In this document: positions 17,081 to 24,000 of the stretch, piece after piece
Position numbering within the stretch: the stretch's first letter is position 1
Layout: each line of letters begins with the position of its first letter
DNA from: Tissierellaceae bacterium
GTDB lineage: Bacteria > Bacillota > Clostridia > Tissierellales > Tissierellaceae
DNA length: 24,000 nt
NCBI GenBank assembly: GCA_033809995.1
Contig: JAPXKQ010000022.1
Location: 12,638-36,637, forward strand
Direction of reading: 5' to 3'
The notes under the pieces: generated by a model
What the model saw: the letters and a program-made list of their open reading frames with translations, nothing else
What the model was told of the DNA's origin: nothing
The model's database searches: none
Translations under genes and position numbers: made by a program

Positions 17081-17496
17081 AATCAATCCCCTTTTTAATA
17101 AATATTAGTTTTGTTTAATGTGCTTAATCATAAACACCACAAATAAACCTAAGTAAATTAGGCAAGAAATATATTTTAAATTATATAAATTGGAATTTTT
17201 CGTTTATAGTATTAGATTAAGCCCTTGATATATTGGCATATTTTGTTATCTTTAACAAAGACCATTTAATTCTCATATCTAAGAACTTAATAAACATAAT
17301 AAGATCTGATTATTGGAAAAGCCTTATGAAAAGATAACAATATTAAAAACTATCTCCATGCCATGAAGTATTAGTCCCTTGTCATGTGAAGAAATTTGAT
17401 AATAAATTTAAATACATTTATTTCCACTCCTTTCATATCAATTTTAACATAAGAAAAATGTTTCTACAATACTAAGATATATGGGCAACATGAAAC

Positions 17497-17518
17497 GGGA
17501 AGGCGTGGAAGCCTTCCC
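17497..17518 (-). terminator. Possible terminator hairpin immediately after the yvcK stop codon
   Basis: gggaaggc (17497-17504), loop gtggaa, gccttccc (17511-17518). The downstream minus-strand tail GTTTCATGTT is only weakly U-rich. Confidence 0.4.
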
Positions 17519-18520
17519 CTACATAGCTGTTGATTTAGAGTTTGCAATATCAATCAACAATTTACTTAATTCTATATTATCATGACGAATATAGTCCTTC
17601 TTTATATCTATTAGATTGTCAGAAATAAGAACTATATTTTTATTTCTTAAAATGATCTCATCTTCTTCCTTTGTTACTACTGGTCTAGACCCATCTGTAA
17701 TATATTTTTCTAGGGTTTCTTCTGGTATTTCTTCCGTATTAACTATTACATAATCCAGTAAATCCTCTCTACTATGGTCAAGGATTGCCTGAACGTGTTC
17801 CAGCATACCATAATTATCAGTTTCACCCGGTTGAGTCATTACATTGCAAATATAAACCTTTGGTGCTGTTGCATTATATATTTTTTCCACCATATTGTTT
17901 ACCAAAAGATTTGGTATAACTGAGGTATATAGACTACCTGGCCCTAAAACTATTAAATCAGCGTTATTTATTGCATCAATTGCATCTTCTAAAGGATAGG
18001 AACCTTTAGAATCTATAAAAACCCTTTTTATTTTACTTCCTGTTTTTTTAACTTCTTCAGGTATATTGGATTCTCCTTCAATTATCATTCCATTTTCCAA
18101 TTCAGCATATAGATTTACATTATCCAATGTCATTGGAAGGACCTTACCAGTAATTGACAATACATTGCTAGTTTCTTTAACAGCCATCTCGAAGCTTCCA
18201 TATATTTCGTTCATAGCTGCTATAAATAAATTTCCAAAACTTTGTCCCTTTAACATACCGTTTTTAAATCTGAACTGAAGTAATTTTTCCATAGTCGGTT
18301 CTGTATTTGCCAATGCAAGTATGCAGGCTCTGATATCTCCTGGTGGCAACATTCCTAAGTCTTCTCTTAGAATGCCTGATCCACCCCCATCGTCTGCTAC
18401 AGTAACTATTGCAGTAATATTTTGAGTAAATTCCTTTAATCCCCTGAGTAAAATCGATAAGCCTGTTCCTCCACCTATTACAACAACATTAGGACCTTTT
18501 ATCTCTCCAATACTACTCAT
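17519..18520 (-). CDS. yvcK: YvcK-family gluconeogenesis/cell-shape factor (CofD-like fold)
   Basis: 333 aa. VVVIGGGTGLSILLRGLK N-terminal motif and LGPGSLYTSVIPNLLV. The start overlaps the rapZ stop by 1 nt. Confidence 0.9.
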   Translation of the reverse strand: MSSIGEIKGPNVVVIGGGTGLSILLRGLKEFTQNITAIVTVADDGGGSGILREDLGMLPPGDIRACILALANTEPTMEKLLQFRFKNGMLKGQSFGNLFIAAMNEIYGSFEMAVKETSNVLSITGKVLPMTLDNVNLYAELENGMIIEGESNIPEEVKKTGSKIKRVFIDSKGSYPLEDAIDAINNADLIVLGPGSLYTSVIPNLLVNNMVEKIYNATAPKVYICNVMTQPGETDNYGMLEHVQAILDHSREDLLDYVIVNTEEIPEETLEKYITDGSRPVVTKEEDEIILRNKNIVLISDNLIDIKKDYIRHDNIELSKLLIDIANSKSTAM

Positions 18521-19386
18521 TATATCTTCCCCTTTAAGTCTCTATCTCTATGACTAATTATAGTTCTATGTCCATTTGTTATAAGAATTTCTCCTATTCT
18601 ATTAGCTATTGCAACAGAACGGTGGAATCCGCCAGTACAGCCTATACCAACTACCAACTGAGTTTTTCCTTCTTCCACGTAATAAGGAATTAGAAACTCT
18701 AACATTTCAATCACCTTTGAAATAAAAATATTTGTTTGCTGCCATTTAAATACATATTCCTTAACACCTTCAGTTTCACCTGAGTACTCTTTCAATTCAG
18801 GAATATAGTATGGATTTGGCAGAAATCTTACATCAAATATTAAATCCCCATCTAATAGAATTCCATGCTTAAATCCAAAGGATGTTATGGATATAGTGAT
18901 ATTTCGTTTTTCTCCACCCTCTAAAAATAACTTTGATATTTCCTCTCTAAACATTCCCAAGGTTAATTTCGACGTATCAATGATATAGTCAGCTCTTTCT
19001 TTTACATCATGCAACAATTCACGTTCTTTTGTTATTCCATTGATTAAGCTTCCATCAGGTGTCAAGGGGTGTGGTCTTCGGAGTTCCTTATATCTCTTTA
19101 TCAATACATTATCTGAGGCATCTAAAAATAATATCTTATAGCTTATCCCATTACTAGATAACTCATTTAAACTTTCGAATAGATGGTGAAAAAACTCCCC
19201 ACCTCTAATGTCTACCACTACAGCTACCTTATCTATAGGTTTTATAGATTCTCTACATAATTCAGCGAATTTTGAAAGTAAGGCAGGTGGTAGATTATCC
19301 ATACAATAATACCCCATATCTTCCATCACTTTCATTGCCTGGGACTTACCAGCACCAGACATACCCGTTATAACAAGAAATTTCAT
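18520..19386 (-). CDS. rapZ: RNase adapter / nucleotide-binding protein RapZ (YvcJ)
   Basis: 288 aa. MKFLVITGMSGAGKSQA (Walker A), GCTGGFHRSVAIA and DNLP motifs. Confidence 0.9.
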   Translation of the reverse strand: MKFLVITGMSGAGKSQAMKVMEDMGYYCMDNLPPALLSKFAELCRESIKPIDKVAVVVDIRGGEFFHHLFESLNELSSNGISYKILFLDASDNVLIKRYKELRRPHPLTPDGSLINGITKERELLHDVKERADYIIDTSKLTLGMFREEISKLFLEGGEKRNITISITSFGFKHGILLDGDLIFDVRFLPNPYYIPELKEYSGETEGVKEYVFKWQQTNIFISKVIEMLEFLIPYYVEEGKTQLVVGIGCTGGFHRSVAIANRIGEILITNGHRTIISHRDRDLKGKI

Positions 19387-20160
19387 CTACTCACCCTCTA
19401 CTATTATATTTTTAATTCTCTCAAATGGTACCTTTGCTTCCTTGGCTTTTAATATGCCTTTTTCAATATTACCCACATCCTCTGGTCTATGGGCATCACT
19501 ATTTATATAATACTCTACTTCTATATCTTTAAGTAAATTTAAACTTTTAACAGAAAGCTCACTATGCTTTGCACTAATCTCAAGGGCAGTACCAACTCTT
19601 TTTGCCTTCTTGGCTACCTCAACAATATTGACCTTTGCCTTAGAGCCTGGATGGGTAATTATATCTATTTTATAATTGTCCATAGCTTTTAAATATGCCC
19701 TTGTATTCATTTCTATAACTTTTTCTTCATTTATTTTAATTACTTTTGATATTGGATTGTAAACATAAAGACCTAATCCATCTCTAATAGATTTTGGCAT
19801 TGCGCCATAATGATATCCAGTCAATAGAATATCTATTTGACTAATAAACTTTTCATCAACATCAAGGACACCATCTATTCCAACTAAATTGGCTTCAACA
19901 CCTAATAAAATCCTTAATCCCTTTGGAACATAGTACTCATTTAGTCTTTTTATTTCTTCTTTCATTAGTGGAATATTCTTATCTCTAACACCGTATAGAT
20001 AGTGACCAGGGCCATGTTCGCTTATTACCAATGTTTTCAATCCTTTGCTTAATGCAACCTTCGCATTGTCTTCTATTGTGCCTATGGCATGGGTACCTTT
20101 CTTTTTAAAGCCACTACTAAAAATTGTATGGGTATGATAATCTCCCAATACCTTAATCAT
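19387..20160 (-). CDS. PHP-domain phosphoesterase (histidinol-phosphatase-like)
   Basis: 257 aa. DYHTHTIFS N-terminal metal motif, ISEHG, ITHPG and SDAHRPEDVG. It is contiguous with murB and rapZ, with no intergenic bases. Confidence 0.8.
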   Translation of the reverse strand: MIKVLGDYHTHTIFSSGFKKKGTHAIGTIEDNAKVALSKGLKTLVISEHGPGHYLYGVRDKNIPLMKEEIKRLNEYYVPKGLRILLGVEANLVGIDGVLDVDEKFISQIDILLTGYHYGAMPKSIRDGLGLYVYNPISKVIKINEEKVIEMNTRAYLKAMDNYKIDIITHPGSKAKVNIVEVAKKAKRVGTALEISAKHSELSVKSLNLLKDIEVEYYINSDAHRPEDVGNIEKGILKAKEAKVPFERIKNIIVEGE

Positions 20161-21072
20161 CTAATCCTCTCCAATTAATTTTATCTCCATTTCCAATTCT
20201 ACATCAAATTTATCCCTAACTGTCTTTTGAACCACTGAAATCAGATTAGTTACATCTGCACAGGTTGCATTATCAATATTAACAACAAATCCACAATGCT
20301 TTTCAGATACCTGTGCTCCCCTATATCTTAACCCTCTCAAACCAGCATCATCAATCAATTTACCTGCAAAATGCCCTTCAGGTCTCTTAAATGTACTACC
20401 AGCGCTAGGTAATTCTAAAGGTTGTTTTGATGTTCTTTTATATGTTAAGTCCTTCATTATAGCATCTATTTCTTCATAATTACCAGGCCTTAATTCCATC
20501 TCCATTGACAATACTATTAGGCCTTCATCAACTACCCTACTGCCCCTATATCTAAAATTCATTTCTGAATTTGTATATTCTAGTATATTATTATCCTTAT
20601 CTAAAACTCTTACTCTTGTAATTACATCTTTTACTTCTCCACCATAAGCTCCTGCATTCATGGTAACAGCACCGCCTATTGTTCCAGGAATTCCATTGGC
20701 AAATTCAAATCCTGTAAGAGAATGACTCAACGCTAATCTGCTAACACCAGTTATCAAGGCACCAGCTTGACAATATACTTTATTTCCATCAACGACTACC
20801 TTATTCAATCCCTCATTTATCTTTATAACAGCACCTCTCATACCACCATCTCTAACTAAAAGATTGGTGCCATTACCCATAATATAAAACCCAATATTAT
20901 TATCTCTACATAATTTAATAGCATTTACAAGTTCGTCCTCGCTATAAGGAATAATCATCACATCAGCAGGACCACCTATTTTAAATGAAGTATGATTTTT
21001 CATAGGCTCATCAAATATTACCTTACCTATATTTTTATCGCTAAAAATCTTGATTAATTCATTCTTTTCCAA
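20161..21072 (-). CDS. murB: UDP-N-acetylenolpyruvoylglucosamine reductase
   Basis: FKIGGPAD FAD-binding motif, GNGTNLL, GAGSTFKRP-like region (PSAGSTFKRP) and QVSEKHCGFVVN. The likely start is TTG 21072, 6 nt after GGAGGTGG; the track uses GTG 21087, which lies inside that RBS. Confidence 0.9.
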   Translation of the reverse strand: MEKNELIKIFSDKNIGKVIFDEPMKNHTSFKIGGPADVMIIPYSEDELVNAIKLCRDNNIGFYIMGNGTNLLVRDGGMRGAVIKINEGLNKVVVDGNKVYCQAGALITGVSRLALSHSLTGFEFANGIPGTIGGAVTMNAGAYGGEVKDVITRVRVLDKDNNILEYTNSEMNFRYRGSRVVDEGLIVLSMEMELRPGNYEEIDAIMKDLTYKRTSKQPLELPSAGSTFKRPEGHFAGKLIDDAGLRGLRYRGAQVSEKHCGFVVNIDNATCADVTNLISVVQKTVRDKFDVELEMEIKLIGED

Positions 21073-21204
21073 AATTCCACCTCCCACATCATTCTTACTT
21101 ATTTTATCATATACAATGAATTTATACCATATTCATATTATTATGTAAGAATTTGAAAAGGGTTATCAGTGTTCACAGATATAACCACCTTTTAAGAAAA
21201 TAAA

Positions 21205-21235
21205 AACTCCCGCTACTAGTTAAGTTGCGGGAGTT
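21205..21235 (-). terminator. Rho-independent terminator ending the small accessory cassette, upstream of the murB promoter
   Basis: aactcccgc (21205-21213), 13-nt loop, gcgggagtt (21227-21235). The minus strand continues with TTTTATTTTCTT. Confidence 0.75.
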
Positions 21236-21374
21236 AAACTTGAAGACATAATTTATTTCTTTAATATCTTATCTATTGAACTAAATTTTAATTATAATTT
21301 TATCTAATACGCGTGTTTTATAAAAATATGTTTTAACTTCAAGTACAGATTATGCTTATAATCTAATTGACCAA

Positions 21375-21563
21375 TTAAAAATATTTCTCCTCACTTTTTG
21401 ACTTCCTAAAAACCATTATAATTCCTGCTATACCAATAACTAAGAAGATATGAACCCAATACAGACTTAAATCAAATACATATTTGATATCCATAACTTC
21501 AAACGTTAAGGTCAACAGTATACTAAATAAAATCAACGCTATTCCTTACATTTGTTTTCTCAT
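21375..21563 (-). pseudogene. Small 2-TM membrane protein frame interrupted by an in-frame TAA at codon 6
   Basis: AGGAGG, 7 nt, then ATG 21563: MRKQM*GIALILFSILLTLTFEVMDIKYVFDLSLYWVHIFLVIGIAGIIMVFRKSKSEEKYF*. The frame is 63 codons (62 plus the terminal stop) with two hydrophobic helices. It is missing from the ORF track because the stop splits it. Confidence 0.4.
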
Positions 21564-21654
21564 ATGCCTGCCTCCTGGAATATATAGAAATTCTTGTTTG
21601 TTTTTATTATATTAATTTTCATTACTTCACACTTTGCTACTTATACGCAACTTG

Positions 21655-22047
21655 CTATTTGCTTTTTTCACTATATACTGTCATCTTATCTATATCTATT
21701 ATCGCTCCTACTTCATTTAGAAAATCCATACCTAGTATTCCGTTAATATCAAAACCGTAATCCATAACCCCAACCTCAATTGTAAAGTTGCTAATTCCTA
21801 GATCTCCAAGGTTTATTCCATCAATATTTTTCATATATACAAACTCTACTCCACCAACTCCAGAAATGGTCTCAATTGCATCATCATCTTCTATTGTAAT
21901 GCCTAATTCATCTACCTTGTCCATTTTAAAAACAGTCCCACCAGAACCAGTATCTAATAGAACATTATCAATTAACATACCTTTTCCTTTATATGTAAGA
22001 TTAACAACACAAAATGGAAGACCAAATTTATATTCTAAATTAACCAT
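21655..22047 (-). CDS. Retropepsin-like (clan AA) single-domain aspartic protease
   Basis: 130 aa. Catalytic LLD(32)TGSGGT triad and the C-terminal GILGMDFL motif typical of bacterial retropepsin-like families. The ATG overlaps the upstream gene by 8 nt (ATGGTTAA). Confidence 0.8.
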   Translation of the reverse strand: MVNLEYKFGLPFCVVNLTYKGKGMLIDNVLLDTGSGGTVFKMDKVDELGITIEDDDAIETISGVGGVEFVYMKNIDGINLGDLGISNFTIEVGVMDYGFDINGILGMDFLNEVGAIIDIDKMTVYSEKSK

Positions 22048-22300
22048 GTCTTCTTACTCCAATCCAATTTCTTTCTTCTATTATTAATTTTTCATTCTTT
22101 GTATGATAAACATACATTTCTCTACTCTTTTCTTTTTTATGCTTTTCAGAATACTCCTTTAGAGCCTCTCTTCCTTCATCGAAAGCATTTATGACTGAAA
22201 TATCCTCAACTACTCTTTGTCCATCTATAGAATATGCTTCTATGGCTTCAAATAATAACCACTTATTTGGATAATTTTCTCTTGCTTCAGACCACTTCAT
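22040..22300 (-). CDS. Small hypothetical protein (86 aa), translationally coupled to the protease
   Basis: MKWSEARENYPNKWLLFEAIEAYSIDGQRVVEDISVINAF... AAGGAGG lies 9 nt upstream of ATG 22300; the track uses an upstream TTG. It may be DUF5678-like, from memory only and unverified. Confidence 0.65.
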   Translation of the reverse strand: MKWSEARENYPNKWLLFEAIEAYSIDGQRVVEDISVINAFDEGREALKEYSEKHKKEKSREMYVYHTKNEKLIIEERNWIGVRRHG

Positions 22301-22340
22301 AATCAACTACCTCCTTCATTTAAAAAGGTATTTTCCCAAC

Positions 22341-22380
22341 TTATAATTTGTAATTTAATTATATCATACACAAATTATAA
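22341..22380. promoter_or_regulatory. Perfect 11-bp inverted repeat (operator-like) overlapping a candidate promoter of the cassette
   Basis: ttataatttgt (22341-22351), 18 nt, acaaattataa (22370-22380), 41-80 nt upstream of ATG 22300. The minus strand also offers TTGCAT-N16-TATGAT across the repeat. Confidence 0.45.
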
Positions 22381-22652
22381 TTTTATGCAAAGTTATAATA
22401 AAATTACTGATACTATATTATATAAACCAAGAATTTTAAAGGCTTATATAACAGGTAAGGTTATCAGATGACACCAATGGTGGGTTGAATAATCGATACT
22501 TATAAATACAGGATTTATTTTCTTCTTTGGCTTTACTTTGAGCATGTAATTCTATAGCTATTCATTAACCCTGATACCTATAATATATCAACTCCGTTGA
22601 GATTTCTTAATAAAAAACATACTCATAATTTTCTAGCCTTAATTACTTGTTT

Positions 22653-23501
22653 TTAGTCTAGGATTTTGTCTACAACCATCAATACCTTAGTATGATGATG
22701 TCCTGTAAAAGCTGAGAATAGAGTCCCTTGGACTTTAATGTGCTTATTTTTATATTGTTTTGCCATATCTACATAAGGACTTCCTCTCAGTACTAGCTGA
22801 ATTTCTAAAACATCAGATATACTCGAATTAACCATGTCAGTATCTTCAGCAATTACTTTTATTGGGCCATCTAACTGTAAAATAAATGGATATTCCTGTT
22901 CATCATTATCAGGGTCCTCTCCATATCCCGGTGGCCCGTAATGTAACCTTGTAATTAATGTACCTTCAATTATTGAAACATTTGGTTCAAAATAGTATTC
23001 CTTTACATCTTTTGAACTTACTGCTTCTACAAAATCTACCCCAACGCCTTCAGCCCTATATCCAGCAAATTGTTCACCCAGTATATCCCTCAAGTCTGTA
23101 ATAATCTTTTCATCCTCACCAACGTATTGAACAATCAAGCTTCCCCTTTTATAGAAGTGAGGATAAGAAACCCAACTTACTTTCAAGGATTTATTACCAT
23201 TGGTATAACCACATCCATCTTTATCAATATTTGCTGCTTCTTCTTCCATCTCTTTATCACCGTTAAATATGTAGATATCTAGCATATCATGGTTAAATTC
23301 CATTCTTTTTCTTGTAGTTGGGAGAAAATCCTCTTCTACATCAGTGATTTCAAAACTATATCCTTTATTTTTCATGGAATCTCCAAATTGTTGCAAAGTA
23401 AAGGTACTTTGATGAATATTGGTGTCTTTACATCCCATTTGCATCACAATTATTAATAAAATGATTAAACTCACACTGACATAGCTAGAATGTTTTTTCA
23501 T
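22653..23501 (-). CDS. Lipoprotein with a C-terminal DUF4431-like domain
   Basis: Signal peptide with lipobox MQMGC. The C-terminal region (HYGPPGYGEDPDND...QGTLFSAFTGHHHTKVLMVV) matches my recollection of DUF4431. Start trimmed to ATG 23501; the track uses TTG 23519. Confidence 0.65.
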   Translation of the reverse strand: MKKHSSYVSVSLIILLIIVMQMGCKDTNIHQSTFTLQQFGDSMKNKGYSFEITDVEEDFLPTTRKRMEFNHDMLDIYIFNGDKEMEEEAANIDKDGCGYTNGNKSLKVSWVSYPHFYKRGSLIVQYVGEDEKIITDLRDILGEQFAGYRAEGVGVDFVEAVSSKDVKEYYFEPNVSIIEGTLITRLHYGPPGYGEDPDNDEQEYPFILQLDGPIKVIAEDTDMVNSSISDVLEIQLVLRGSPYVDMAKQYKNKHIKVQGTLFSAFTGHHHTKVLMVVDKILD

Positions 23502-23760
23502 TATCCTCTTCCCTTTCAAATTCCATTGAATATAATTTATTTTAAGTGATATTAATTATATTATATTATTTTTATCATCTATATTCTTGATACATAAGTT
23601 GAAAATTTACAACAGAGCCAAATTTACTTGTAATTATAGGTGTATATTCTTGTGTCTCAAAATCATAGTAGAATATTCATCACTTTTATACTTCTAAATC
23701 ATTAGTTAATCTATAGATATCAGAAATGGAATTTCTTTTAGATTAGTATAAACAAGAGTT

Positions 23761-24000
23761 TTATTCATATTTGGACAAAAAACTTTCCACTCTATCACAG
23801 TATTCCAGATTGCGATCTATCCACATCTCACAATGTCCATTCTCATCTACTGTCCAAATTTCTTTATTCTTTCCTTGGATGGTATCATAAATATCCTTTC
23901 CCATAAAATAAGGTGTCAATGAGCCATGGACCAATATAACTGTCTGATAATTTTTACTATTTTGTGAATCTCTCGCATAGATATAATCCGCGGGTATCAC
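23761..24000 (-). CDS. Alpha/beta-hydrolase-fold protein, C-terminal fragment (5' end outside the window)
   Basis: VILVHGSL...ENGHCEMW...VESFL resembles the C-terminal catalytic-His region of alpha/beta hydrolases. The frame is open to the window edge. Confidence 0.55.
   Translation of the reverse strand: MIPADYIYARDSQNSKNYQTVILVHGSLTPYFMGKDIYDTIQGKNKEIWTVDENGHCEMWIDRNLEYCDRVESFLSKYE

Noticed and set aside
17087-17496. A known riboswitch upstream of the ABC operon (TPP, cobalamin and others)
   Set aside because: Scanning the minus-strand leader by eye found none of the conserved cores I know (for example the CUGAGA/ACCUGAUCUGGAUAAUGCCAGCG elements of TPP or a B12 box). It is kept only as an unexplained long leader.
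10447-17518. Calling the yvcK-whiA intervening block a genomic island or mobile element
   Set aside because: No integrase, transposase, tRNA target or flanking direct repeats are visible, and the composition does not obviously differ by eye. It is reported only as a synteny break.
21161-21186. Second hairpin after the 21205-21235 terminator (ggttat...ataacc, with a gttcacag heptad-like loop)
   Set aside because: The stem is only 6 bp with a 14-nt loop and a weak U-tail, and a single heptad-like match is expected by chance.
22465-22500. Possible degenerate GC-rich unit (ggttatcagatgacaccaatggtggg, ending in cagatgaca like the repeat units)
   Set aside because: Only the short cagatgaca tail matches. 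There is no GAGATTC head, inverted partner or heptads, which is too little to assign it to the family.
11768-23282. Other embedded or antisense track ORFs (11768-11968, 13426-13659, 13607-13807, 16815-17030, 18066-18278, 21788-22087 and 23070-23282)
   Set aside because: Same reasoning: each lies fully inside, or antisense to, a convincing CDS, with no independent translation signals.
8827-23519. N-terminal extensions in the ORF track using upstream TTG/GTG/ATG starts (9243, 10979, 17086, 21087, 22306 and 23519)
   Set aside because: In each case a downstream ATG or TTG has a properly spaced Shine-Dalgarno. The upstream start either lies within that RBS or creates an implausible overlap, so coordinates were trimmed.

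Overview
Visibly AT-rich, low-GC Firmicutes (Clostridia-like) chromosomal core region. 22 of 23 called CDSs lie on the minus strand. Reading along the minus strand from high to low coordinates: an alpha/beta-hydrolase 3' fragment; a DUF4431-like lipoprotein; a small accessory cassette (86-aa protein, a translationally coupled retropepsin-like aspartic protease, and an interrupted 2-TM mini-ORF); then a tightly packed murB-PHP-rapZ-yvcK operon. A ~7 kb block follows (ABC importer SBP-permease-ATPase coupled to a GT4 glycosyltransferase, a plus-strand M42 peptidase, a NUDIX hydrolase) that separates yvcK from whiA. After it come whiA, an HPr-like gene, a GrdX-like gene, dnaE, a 64-aa ORF, pfkA, pyk, a MATE efflux gene, and the 5' part of one more CDS that the ORF track misses. 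No rRNA, tRNA, CRISPR array, transposase or integrase was seen. The main unexplained structure is an intergenic repeat family at three loci (about 267-322, 1715-2142 and 8661-8820). It combines ~7-bp periodic arrays (AATTCAC / AGTTCAC) with relatively GC-rich ~28-nt units (GAGATTCYTC...CAGRATGACA) that occur as inverted pairs and predict long hairpins. One copy looks like a terminator plus promoter cassette; another looks like a MITE with inverted terminal arrays. The strongest protein-level candidate for an uncharacterised system is the small-protein/retropepsin cassette at 21205-22380, which has its own operator-like inverted repeat and terminator. All functional calls rest on motif recognition by eye and recalled family knowledge. 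No searches were run.
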